This document shows, one piece after another, positions 22,976-34,549 of a stretch of 64,000 bases of DNA. The first letter of the stretch is position 1; the number at the start of each line of letters is the position of its first letter. The notes below the pieces were generated by a model. The model ran no database searches. It had not been told where the DNA came from and saw only the letters and a program-made list of their open reading frames with translations. Origin of the DNA: Octopus bimaculoides (taxonomy: Eukaryota); the NCBI RefSeq assembly GCF_001194135.2, contig NC_069005.1, positions 8,497,804-8,561,803 of the forward strand, given 5' to 3'. A program made the position numbers and the translations under genes.

Positions 22976-23613
22976 GGTGCAAGCATGGTTGTGTGGTAAA
23001 AAGCTTGCTTCTCAACCATATAATTCCAGGTTCCGTTCCACTGTGTGGTACCTTGGGCAAGTGTCTTTTATTGCGCCCTCAGGCTGACCAAGGCCTTGTG
23101 AATGGATTTTGTAGATGGAAGCTGAAAGATGTGCATTGTATTGGGTTGTCCGGAAAGTTCGTGCTGATTTATAGTAGCTTACCATTTGACTTATTTGCCA
23201 TGAAACTACCTCAGTTCTGGGAAGAGGGTATTTTCAAGTTTAAGTAAAGATGGAGACGCATTGTGCAACAAAAGGGTTCATATTTGGTTGATTAAAAATG
23301 TAATGGCAAGTATTCATTGACCTTTTCCTTTCCTTCAAAAATTGGCATGAACTTTCCGGACAACCAAATATATATATGTGTGTGTGTGTGTTTGTCTTTG
23401 TTTTTGTGTCTGTGTTTGTCTGCCACCACTGCTTGACAATGGTGATGGTGCATTTACGTCCCTGTAACTTAACAAATCAGCAATAGAGACCAACGGAATA
23501 AGTACTGGGCTTAGCAAAAAACATTAAGTACTGGGACTAATTCATTTGACTGAAGTTTCTTCAAGGTGATGCTCCAGCATGGTTGCAGTTCAATGACTGA
23601 AAGGAGTAAAAGA
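22976..23613 (+). mobile_element. SINE family A, full-length copy interrupted by the mariner MITE
   Basis: Head GGTGCAAGCATGGTTGTGTGG. The body resumes after 23370 and ends CAATGACTGAAAGGAGTAAAAGA. Confidence 0.88.
23141..23368 (+). mobile_element. Mariner-derived non-autonomous element (MITE) nested in a family-A SINE
   Basis: TA|TTGGGTTGTCCGGAAAGTTCGTGC ... GCATGAACTTTCCGGACAACCAAA|TA gives TIRs and a TA duplication. The interior retains the mariner C-terminus PQFWEEGIFK...RWRRIVQQKGSYLVD*. Confidence 0.9.
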
Positions 23614-24420
23614 TATACATACATACATACACACACACATACACACACGAGTGTATGTGTGTATATACAACACATTTACTTCAGTTTCCATCTACCAAAT
23701 CAACACACATGGCTTTGCTTAGCCTGGGGCTAAAGTAAAAGATATACCAATAGTAAATTGTGTACGTGTATACACACACACACACCCACACCAGGTCGGT
23801 ACAAATATTAATGAAGACCATAATACATGTTATATGGGATATCATTTTTTCCTTGTTTTATGATGCAATATAAAAGTGAGCTGGATATAAGTTATATCGA
23901 ATTTAGCACCTTATAGTTTCAGGGTTATCTGTGAATACAATTAATGAGTTTATAATATTTCAGCTTCTGCTCTTTCTTTACGCACCCACTTCCAGCATAG
24001 CTGTCTACTTAACTCCTTTATTAACTTGAAGTGATTGTTGAGTCATATGCTCAAACTCTTACATAATCAAAGTTCATCTGCAATAAATTAACCACTGTTT
24101 ATAGAATGTGGTGTTCTTTGGCTACACTGTAGATAAAAGTAAGCAGCAGTCAAGTATTGGGGGAAGGTTAACGTGGTTGATTGTGATGAGCTCCTGCAGT
24201 AAAATATATGGTCTTGTGTGAATATGCATGTGTGTGTGTGTGTGTGTGTGTGGTTGAATAACTAGTTTCCGTCATTAGACTGCAGCCACGCTGAGGCACT
24301 GCCCTGATGGATTTAGTTGAACAAATCAACCCAAATACTTTGTTTATATGTATGTATAGAGATACACAGCCACAAATATATATGTATATATACACACATA
24401 AAGAGTGAGAAAGTGAGACA

Positions 24421-24458
<38 letters not shown>

Positions 24459-24737
24459 TATATGCACACAAACACATATATGCACACAAACACACACCCA
24501 CATATACATTTAGAGTGAGACAGAAAGACACACACATACACAAACACACACACACACACAAACACATATATACACATAAATATTTATCTGAGTCATTGTT
24601 TAAAAAGAAAGTGATATAATTTCTTTTTCTTATGATTCTTCTTGTTGTTGTTGTTATCATTGAGATGGCCATAAAGGATGACATATTTCTCCTTAAAAAA
24701 AAACTGAGATAAGTGGTGGAAAAGAGTTCAGTGAAAC

Positions 24738-24779
<42 letters not shown>

Positions 24780-25405
24780 CATATATATAACATAGGTTAG
24801 GTGAATTGAGTTTTTGAGATGGGCTGGTGGGGATACAGAAGATGCTGGTGGGTGGGGGGGGGTGAGGTTGAAGTAAAAGGACATATTGCTTGATAAAAGC
24901 AGTTTAGAAGGAATTTAGTGAGGCATGAATATTAGAGGATAAGTGTGAGTATTAAAAAAAAACCCCAGAAGCACCCCCACACACATCGACACACGTATAT
25001 ATATATGTGTGTGTGTATATATGTATATATATATAAATATGTATATGTATATATTTATATATGTGCGTTTATACTCGCGCGCACATGTATCTCAAGTTTT
25101 TACTGCTGATGTATGATGGATATTGAGAGATGGGATAATGGTTGGATGGTTAAATAGATTATAGTTTGAAACCTTTGGCAATAAAATGCAGGAAAAGACT
25201 GATAACTAAGAAGGAAAAAAAATATAAAAAAAACAAACAACAAAAATAAGAAGAAGTGAAAATGAAAGAAGAGGAAAGAATGAGGAAGGAGATGAAGGAA
25301 GAAGCTGAAAAATCAAGAAGGATGGAGATGAAGAAAATATGGCGAAGGTTTCTGTAACATGTGAGAAGTTGTAATATAATGGTATTTTAAAATATATATA
25401 TGTGG

Positions 25406-25444
<39 letters not shown>

Positions 25445-26033
25445 ATTAGACCATGTGTTGTGGAATGGCACAGAAGAGATATGTTGGATAGATTGAAATG
25501 CATCTATCTTTGTGGTGTGGGGGTTTGGTTCTGTGTCATATGGCAGTTGTGGTTCTGGTGTGATGGTTTGGTTTGGGTCTGGTGTGGTGTGACGTTTGAC
25601 TTTGGTGTCATATGGTCGGTGTTGTAAGGTTGGATGTAGTTGTGGTGGTGGGTTTTGTCTGGTGTGGTGATGTCTTACTTTTGGTGCCTCATGGTGATAG
25701 TTCTCAGTTTCAACTTCACATTAAAGTCCATGAAATATATTTTATTATGTCTTTTAATCTATAAAGACGCATGGAAAATAAAATGAAGATGGGGGGAGAG
25801 AGAGAGAAAGAGAGATGATAATGGGGGGGTTGGGGGGTTGTAGAAATGGTAAAGGTAAAGCAATAGATTATATGTCTTGTGGTATTTATAGTTAGATATG
25901 ATGACACTGTGAGTTCAAATCCCTCACTTGAGAGTAATATTTAATTTTTATCGTTCTGAAGTATTGTTAAAATATAAACTAGTTAAGTACTGAGGATAAC
26001 TTAACTCTTTTGTATTTATATTTCTTACTGTCA

Positions 26034-26385
26034 TCATCATCATCATCATTGTTTTAACATCCGCTCTTCCATGTTTGTGTGGGTTAGATGGAATTGAGTA
26101 CAGTAATGCACCACATATCTTGGTCCTCTGTCATTTTGAGATCAGCCCTCAATAATTTGTCCTATGTTCTCCTGGGTCACCCTTTTCCACAACTTCTCCC
26201 TCCTTTAAGTGATCAGCACATTTTTATGCAACTGTCTGCATCCATCCGCATCACATGATCAAACCAGTATAGTCTCCGCTCTCGCACACTGCATATAATT
26301 CATCTTATACCCAACTTCTCTCTCAGTACACCAGTGCTCTGTCATGCATGTACACTGACATTGTGCATCCATCAGTCTTGTGGCC
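26034..26385 (-). mobile_element. RTE-clade LINE 3' fragment (ORF2 C-terminus plus (ATG)n tail), decayed
   Basis: Minus-strand WMHNVSVHA*QSTGVLREKLGIR*IICSVRERRLYWFDHVMRMDADSCIKMC*SLKGGRSCGKG*PRRT*DKLLRADLK matches the RTE pattern RRL.W.GHV.RM...G.RGRP..TW. Confidence 0.85.
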
Positions 26386-26779
26386 TTGTGGTTATAAATC
26401 TTTATTCAAGCATTATAGTTTCAATGTTTGAGGACACTTTGTACTTTAATGAAAATACTTACCATGAAGATAGTCATTATAAATTTTGTCAAAGTCAATT
26501 TTGCTTTCCATTCTTCTCAAGTCAATAAAGTGGAGTACCATACAATTCTTATATGATGTGATGACTGGGGTGATATTATGAACAATGCTGCCTCCTTCAA
26601 CAGCAAACTAGATGACCTTGTGTCTGTTGGAAATGCCTATGTTGAACAATACAGCTTCTATGGTTATCTGTATGAAATTGGATATATTATTTGTTTTCAA
26701 AATGGACCAGTAGAGAGATGACTGTGATGCTATCATGCACTTCCTTTTGCTTTCTTTTTTTGAATTATAGTATAAACCT

Positions 26780-27283
26780 TTCCTCTTTGCTGAAAAGCAC
26801 TTCCACACACCTACATAATTTTGTCTTGCACACACATCAATCATACCTTTCACATTGCTCTTACCATCTCATTTGCTTCACCAGTATCTTTTTTTTACCC
26901 CTCTCATGCTTGTACCTCCTCTCACCTCCTTATATACATGCTTTCGTACCACCCACCTGAAGATTATATGCACACACACGAACGTACACCACTATGCCTA
27001 CTTTGGACATAAATACACTCCTACCTCTTCTTCCCTTAATCCCTTCCCCCCATAAAACAGCATTTCCACCTGGTCTCTAACTCATTACCAGCTTCATTAT
27101 TCTTTCTCTTGCTGTGTATTTCTTCTTCTCACTCATTTTATATTTCTCTGTTGTTCCTGATGAAGCACTGACACCCAAAATGTTAAGATACTTTCTTTTT
27201 CCATTGGAGCTTTAAGCTAATGCTTTGTCAAACCTTGTTCTTTCTGCATTGTCCTTTATGAATGTTTACCGTATTTACCTTTA

Positions 27284-27290
<7 letters not shown>
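26780..27290 (+). mobile_element. Putative Penelope-like pseudo-LTR remnant with decayed hammerhead core
   Basis: A pyrimidine-rich tract, then CTGATGAAG...CCCAAAATGTTAAG (27157-27187). The downstream segment is similar to 53010-53080. Confidence 0.45.
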
Positions 27291-27330
<40 letters not shown>

Positions 27331-27482
27331 TGCATGCATGTGTGTGAGTATATCTGTTTTTGTATAGCTAGTCACAGGTAGGCATTTGGCCATAAAATCT
27401 TACCCATCCAACATATGCTTGTATGGAAAAACATGAAATGTACAAATGTGTGTGTATATATATTCATGCATATATGTATGTG

Positions 27483-27514
<32 letters not shown>

Positions 27515-27969
27515 TACACACACACATATACACATATATATATAAACACACACATACACTCACTCGCACACTCACACACATACGCATATGAAAGAATGAA
27601 TATATATGATACATTCAGCCAGACACAAACTCACACATATATATACATTAGTGTATGTGCATGCTCACACATAAACACACAAGGGCATATACACACACGC
27701 ACGTGCACACACACATACACATAAATGCACACATCTATATATACATAGGTGTTAGCGTTAACCTAAAATTTGATATTCAAGGAAAGAGACAAATAGATAA
27801 AAATGGTGGAAAATTTAAAACAAATTATTTTGTGTACCTCTGAGTAATTTGATTATTAAGCAAATCTTACTTTAATTCTATATCTCTATATTATATTATA
27901 TTATATTGCATTATTTAAATTTCACTTTATCTTCTGCTTATTTCTGTTGTTGAAGATTAAAACATAATG

Positions 27970-28004
<35 letters not shown>

Positions 28005-28863
28005 TGGTGGTGGTGACGGTGAAGGTGGGGAGGTGGTGGTGAGGTTGCAGATGTGAGGAGTGTATACCTGGATATTTATGAGAACTGTCTGATATTCTTG
28101 TCATATATCTAAATATAGTCATATCTTTATAATGTCATTTGAATATATCATTAGACTTTTTGTATGTTTGTGTGTTTCATTCCATCTCATTTTTGTCTTT
28201 TTCGGTATTTCCTTCTCCTCTTCTCTCCAACTCTCTTTTATTCCTTTTCTCTCTCTCTCTCTCTCTTCTTTGCCTTCGTTATTCTTTCTTTCTTCCTTTT
28301 GTTTTTCTTCTTATTTTAAATTCATACAGTTCCTTTATTTCTGTGTAATAACTGAAGAATTATGATAAATCTGAATATTTCACATCTGTGTGGTAAAAAA
28401 AAAAAAATAAATAAAAAACAAAACAAAATAATTCATTTTTTTTTAAAAATTAAATTAACAATAAATAAAAAATATATTTCTAAGCATAATTTTTTTCTCC
28501 ATTTCTCATTTGAAATACGATTTGGAAAAGTAACAAAAAAACAAAAACAAAAACATTTCTTTTTTATAAACTATTTAACTATTCATATTTTAGGGAGATA
28601 AGANNNNNNNNNNNNNNNNNNNNNNNNNNNNNNNNNNNNNNNNNNNNNNNNNNNNNNNNNNNNNNNNNNNNNNNNNNNNNNNNNNNNNNNNNNNNNNNNN
28701 NNNNNNNNNNNNNNNNNNNNNNNNNNNNNNNNNNNNNNNNNNNNNNNNNNNNNNNNNNNNNNNNNNNNNNNNNNNNNNGTGTGTGTGTGTGTATATATAT
28801 GTGTGTGTGTGTATATATATGTGTGTGTGTGTGTATATATGTATGTGTGTGTGTATATATGTA

Positions 28864-28916
<53 letters not shown>

Positions 28917-29225
28917 CTGAGAATTTCTAATGCATGAACAAAGACTCAAATTTCCAGCAGTGATGAGGATATTTAGCCTTAGAAATATATGACATCAGTT
29001 TTCTCATGTCTTAACGATACTATTCCTATCCATGGTGAAGACTTAGAACTCCATAACACTATCGACACAGTTGTGACAGTGTGGTATGAAGTTTGATTCC
29101 CACCTACATGCTTCTGAGTTCAGTCCCACTGCAAGCACCTTGGGCAAGTGTTTTCTTTTGTAACTCCAGGTCAGCGAAGGCCTTGTGAATGGATTTAGTA
29201 GATGAAAACTGAAGGAAACCTGTCA

Positions 29226-29278
<53 letters not shown>

Positions 29279-29778
29279 GTGTATATANNNNNNNNNNNNN
29301 NNNNNNNNNNNNNNNNNNNNNNNNNNNNNNNNNNNNNNNNNNNNNNNNNNNNNNNNNNNNNNNNNNNNNNNNNNNNNNNNNNNNNNNNNNNNNNNNNNNN
29401 NNNNNNNNNNNNNNNNNNNNNNNNNATATATATATATATATATATATATATAATGGATTCTCCCATTGCTAGATGACGTATGAGTGTTCAGCGATTTCTT
29501 GGTGGACAACCACACAAATGATGTGTTTACAATGATGAAATGTTTGTGCTTGCATAAGCTCACTCCCTCCATCAATTCGATATTACCTGTACAGGTGTAC
29601 CATGTGCCATATGTCAGATGATGAAATGATTGTAGAGCAACATGAAATGAAGTATTTTGCTCAAGAACACAATACAACGCTTGGTCTGGGAATTGAAATC
29701 ATGATCTCGCAATCGTGAGGGCAGCACCCTAACTACTATACCATGTACCTTCACACATGCATGCGTGCACACACGCGT

Positions 29779-29814
<36 letters not shown>

Positions 29815-30554
29815 TCAAACAAACTGCAATGAAGTTGGTGTTTTGTGTTAGCAAGACTTATATTATGTTTAATCAAATTTGGTTTTGTTGCTGCCTCACT
29901 TTTCTGAAAGCTTAGCATTTGTGTAGTTCCATGTAACGTTTCAGAGAACAAGCTGTAATGAAAACAGCTATAAGAAGAAATCAAACTTGTGTTTATTTCT
30001 CTCTGAAATCTATGCACCTATCTTTCAGTGCCTGTCACATATGCAGCTTTTCCAGAGAACTTAAGTGACAATGGATGTGATTGAAATGGCCATAACAAGG
30101 TGCTGTCTTAGTTTGTCAAGAACTTATAACCTGTAATTCCATGCTTGCTACAAAATTCTATGTAACGTTTCCTATTCCAGCTATGGCTGGAAATTAAATT
30201 TGTGTTTCTTAGAGCAGCTTTGGATCCCTGATATCTTTGCTCCTATGTTTCAATGCCTGCATCATGTTTCCATACAGTTTTTCTCCAAGACTCCTAGTGG
30301 TGGTGACTGTCAGTAAAACATCCAACGTAAGAAGTTAGCCCTTTGTTTACCATGTCTATCACTGGTGGTTCCAGCAGTACTGAATGAATATGTTTGTTCT
30401 GTAGTGGTAGAGTCACTAGTGATACTCGTGCTATGAATCAGTGTGGTAGTTTATATAGTGAACTAGAACATATGTATCTTTTATTTTTGGTTTGTTTCAG
30501 TCATTAGACTGTGGCCAAGCTGGGGCATTGCCTTGAAGAATATTTTGTTGAGTT

Positions 30555-30697
30555 AGGAAGGGCATCCAGCTGTAGAAACTCTGCCAAATCAGATTGGAGC
30601 CTGGTGTCGCCTCCTGGTCCACCAGTCCTCAGTCAAATCGTCCAACCCATGCTAGCATGGAAAGCGGACGTTAAACGATGACGATGATGATGATGAT
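30555..30697 (+). mobile_element. RTE-type 3' tail (GGAAGGGCATCCAGC...CCAACCCATGCTAGCATGGAAAGCGGACGTTAAACGATGATGATG)
   Basis: The same tail recurs at 2185-2345(-), 20640-20765(+), 32755-32925(-), 38555-38728(+), 41085-41290(+), 52170-52385(+) and 56950-57125(-), and is joined to the RTE ORF fragment at 26034-26125. Confidence 0.75.
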
Positions 30698-30702
30698 GAA
30701 TC

Positions 30703-31039
30703 ATTCCCAGTACTTTTATTTTTAGCCTGGTACTTATTTTATCTTTACTGAACAACTCAGTAATGGGGACATAAACGCACCAACACCGGTTATCAAGCAG
30801 TGGAGGGGGACAAACAGACACAAAAACACACACAGGTATATATATATATATATGTGTGTATGTGTGTGGGCATACAATGGGCATCTTTCAGTTTCTGTCT
30901 ACCAAATTCACTCAGAAGGCTTTGGTTGGCCTTAGGCTATAGTAGAAAGCACTTGCCCAAGGTGCCATGCAGTGGAAGTCTAACCTGGAATCATGTGGTT
31001 GGAAAGCAAGCTTTTTCCCCACACAATCACACTTGTGCC
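30703..31039 (-). mobile_element. SINE family A copy
   Basis: Reverse complement of head, body and part of the tail. Confidence 0.8.
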
Positions 31040-32990
31040 TAAATGGTTAAAAAATGATAAAAAAAATAGTCTGTCGGTGCAAAAGAAAATATGGTACAAA
31101 ATGGATTTGGTAGGCAAAGTATTAAGTCTGCTTTTCCATGCTTTTCTCTAAATCCTTACTGGTAGTGACTCAAAATAAAATGGCTAGAACAGGGAATCAG
31201 ATTTATGGTTTCTACTTCAGTACTCCAAAGACTTAGGACCTATGTTTCAGTGCCTGCCACATGGCTTTATGTAGTTTTCTCCAAGAATAATCACTGCTGT
31301 TGACTATTATTAAAATAGCTATGCTATGATAAAGAACTGAATTTATATATGTTAGCAACAGAAGCAGTATTAATACTGAGAAGTAATACTTATTCCTTCT
31401 TAAACGTGGATGTTCTATAAGAACAAACTATACTGTAGTAGCTACCATGGGAAAAACTCTCATATTGACTTTTTGGTGCAAAAATGTTCTCTTGTTTATT
31501 TCATTAGTGGGGAGATAAATCCATGCTACCTCTGAAACCACCAGATCAAATGATTTCAACCTTGTTTGGTTTTGTCAATGATGGACACTCGACTTCTAGA
31601 AGTAGCAGCAATTCACCTTCCTGCCAGCAATATATAATTGACAGTGCCAGAACAGGTGCTGGTGTCACGATTAACCAACCTTTTAGCTTCAACCACTCAG
31701 TTTCAGCGAACGAATTGTAGATGAGAGGATATCAAGTCTTTGCTTGCTGCCCCAGTTCTCTAAAAGCTTAGCATCAGTGATTCAGCCTCTAACTCAGAGT
31801 TCCATGCAGGTTTTCTAAAGAACTCTAATAACAGTGGCATTAATTGAAACAGCTATTAAAAGGAATAAGATATGTGGTTATCACTACTTGGGTTTTCCAA
31901 AAGCCTAGTATTTGCCACGCCATTCCATACAGGACACTTGTTTTCATTTTGGATTTAATAATAAAAAAAAAAAAAAGATTTCATGAAGATTTTTTTTTTG
32001 TTCACACATTCAGACATAAATGCACACAAACACACATGGCCAAAATTCTGCTTAAATCAACATTGTTCACGCATCAAAGTAATGTCTTCATGGAAATAAT
32101 TATAATTTGTCACAAATTAGTTCTTCAAAGATTATAAATTTTACAGCCATTACATGACTTGTCTGGGCATGTACACGGTGGGGAGAGGAAGGAGGGTAAA
32201 ACGACTATTTAAAAAAATTTTTTTAAATCATTTCATTTAATACTTTGTTATTATTTTTAGATGAAGAGACAAATTATATTAGATTTCATAAAGAAGAATT
32301 AATACAAAACAAATCCTTTAAAAAGCAAAAAAAATATGTTAATAAAAAAATATAAATAAATTATCAATAGGTTATTATTAGAAGTTTGTATTGACAGATT
32401 TTTTCATTTCATTTTATTTCTTAATTTTTTTGTTTGTTTGTATATTTATTAGTTTTATGTGGTGTCTTCATTATAAATGGCTAATGTTTGCTTGATTTAA
32501 AAAAAAATGGTTTTATTGTCTTTTATTTGAATTTTAGTTTGTCTTTGTTCATATTTTCGTTGTGTGACACCTAAAGGCTCAGATAAGAGAGAAAGGAAGA
32601 GAGAGATAATGTGTAGTTTTAATGTTATCACAAAGAGAGAATAATAAAGGTCAGGATGGTATTAGTAGGGGATGATAATAAATACACACACACACAAATA
32701 TACATATATGTATATATATATATATACATAAATATTCATACATGCATAACATATATCGTCATCATCATTACATGTCTGTTTTCCATACTAGCATGGGTTG
32801 GACGGTTTAACGGGTGCACCAGCCTCCATTTATCCATTTTAGCATGATTTCTATGGCTGGATGCCCTTCCTAACACCAACCACTTTACTGTGTACTGGGT
32901 GCTTTTTATGTGGCACCAGGTCCAATGCTTCACACACACATATATACATAAATATACTATGTGCATAACACACACACACATAAAGTGAGA

Positions 32991-33355
32991 GAGACATGGC
33001 TATGTGATTAAGAAGTTCATTTTTCAGCCATGTGGCTATCACTGCATAGCACCAATGGGCAAGTGTCTTCTACAGTCCTGAGTCAACCAATGTCTTGTAA
33101 GGGAATTTGGTAGACAGACGTCTGTTGTGTGTGTGTTTGTACTCTCTCCTCCAAACTGCTTGACAACCAGTGTTGGTTTGTTTACATCTCTGTAACTTAG
33201 TTCAGCAAAAAAGACCAATAGAAAGAACCAGATTTAAATGGAAAAAAAAAATACTTAAGTATAGTGGTTAATTTGTTTTAACTAATATCTTTCGAGGCAG
33301 TGCCCCAGCATGGCTTCAGTCCAAAGACTGAAACAAATAAACAATAAAGCATAAA
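32991..33355 (+). mobile_element. SINE family A copy (diverged)
   Basis: ATGGCTATGTGATTAAGAAG...GGGCAAGTGTCTTCTAC...CCCCAGCATGGCTTCAGTCCAAAGACTGAAAC. Confidence 0.78.
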
Positions 33356-33489
33356 GAACAATTAAAAAATTGTTTTCAGCCAAAACACTCTTCTGCAACC
33401 CTAATTCTGTGTTTGTTGGTCAAGATATGATGTCTGGATAAAAGATCAGAAATGGAACATCTTTAGTCTTAGATTATAACTGGATCACT

Positions 33490-33645
33490 GAAAGCACATG
33501 GCTTAGTGGTTAGCGTATTCAGCTGATGATCATAAAGCTGCAAGTTCAACTCCTGGTGGTGCATTGTGTCCTTGAGCAAGATACTTCATTTCCCATTGCT
33601 CCAGTCCACTCAGCTGGCAAAAAAGGAATAATACCTGTATTTCAA
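33490..33645 (+). mobile_element. SINE family C 5' portion
   Basis: AAGCACATGGCTTAGTGGTTAG...TGTGTCCTTGAGCAAGATAC...CTCCAGTCCACTCAGCTGG. Other copies at 29490-29750(-), 62190-62305(-) and 63868-64000(+). Confidence 0.8.
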
Positions 33646-34255
33646 AGTGTGTCGCAGTATGGCACACATGATGTCATTTCCTCCAATTTTGCATGTTTGT
33701 GTTTCTAATGAATATACTGTTCTGTAGCACTGTGCTTTCAATGTTGTGTGGAATAGAAAAAACAAAAAAACCCTTACTTGAAAAACAGGTAAAGGTTAGT
33801 GACAGGAAGAGCATCCAATGATGAAATACTGTCTCAAACAAGTACGCATCAAACTTGTGCCATCATAACAAAATGGATGTAAAATGAATGAATGTGCAAA
33901 CATAGGCATGAATGTGTGTGTGTGTGTTTGTGTGTGTGTGAATACTTGTGTAAGCAAATGTAAAGAAACATGAAGTTAGGTCCATTTGCACTGAAAGAAA
34001 CAAAGGCAAAACAAAAAAATTTGATAATGAGAGATCAATGAAATAAGTACCAGAAATAAGTACAATGGTCAATGTAATAAACTAAACTATGGCTGCAGTC
34101 CAGTGATTGGGACCAGTAAAAGATTGTGTATGTGTGCAAATGTGTGTGTGTGTGTGCGTGTGTGTGATAGAAAAAAATTATCTGCCAATGAACCAGGAAG
34201 CTCGTTATTCCTTTCTTAAACACAATGGTTAATTCACACATCCTGAAATACAGAG

Positions 34256-34400
<145 letters not shown>

Positions 34401-34506
34401 ATATGAAAATGAAAATAACAGTATCAAAAGAATAACAACGGCAATAATTTTGGGTTTTTTTTGTGCGTGGGGTAAGGTCTTAAAATATCTTTCATAAAGC
34501 TTATAT

Positions 34507-34549
<43 letters not shown>

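Noticed and set aside
31523-31830. 65-aa ORF and a parallel stop-interrupted frame in a slightly GC-richer patch
   Set aside because: No recognisable domain or convincing splice sites; cannot be classified.
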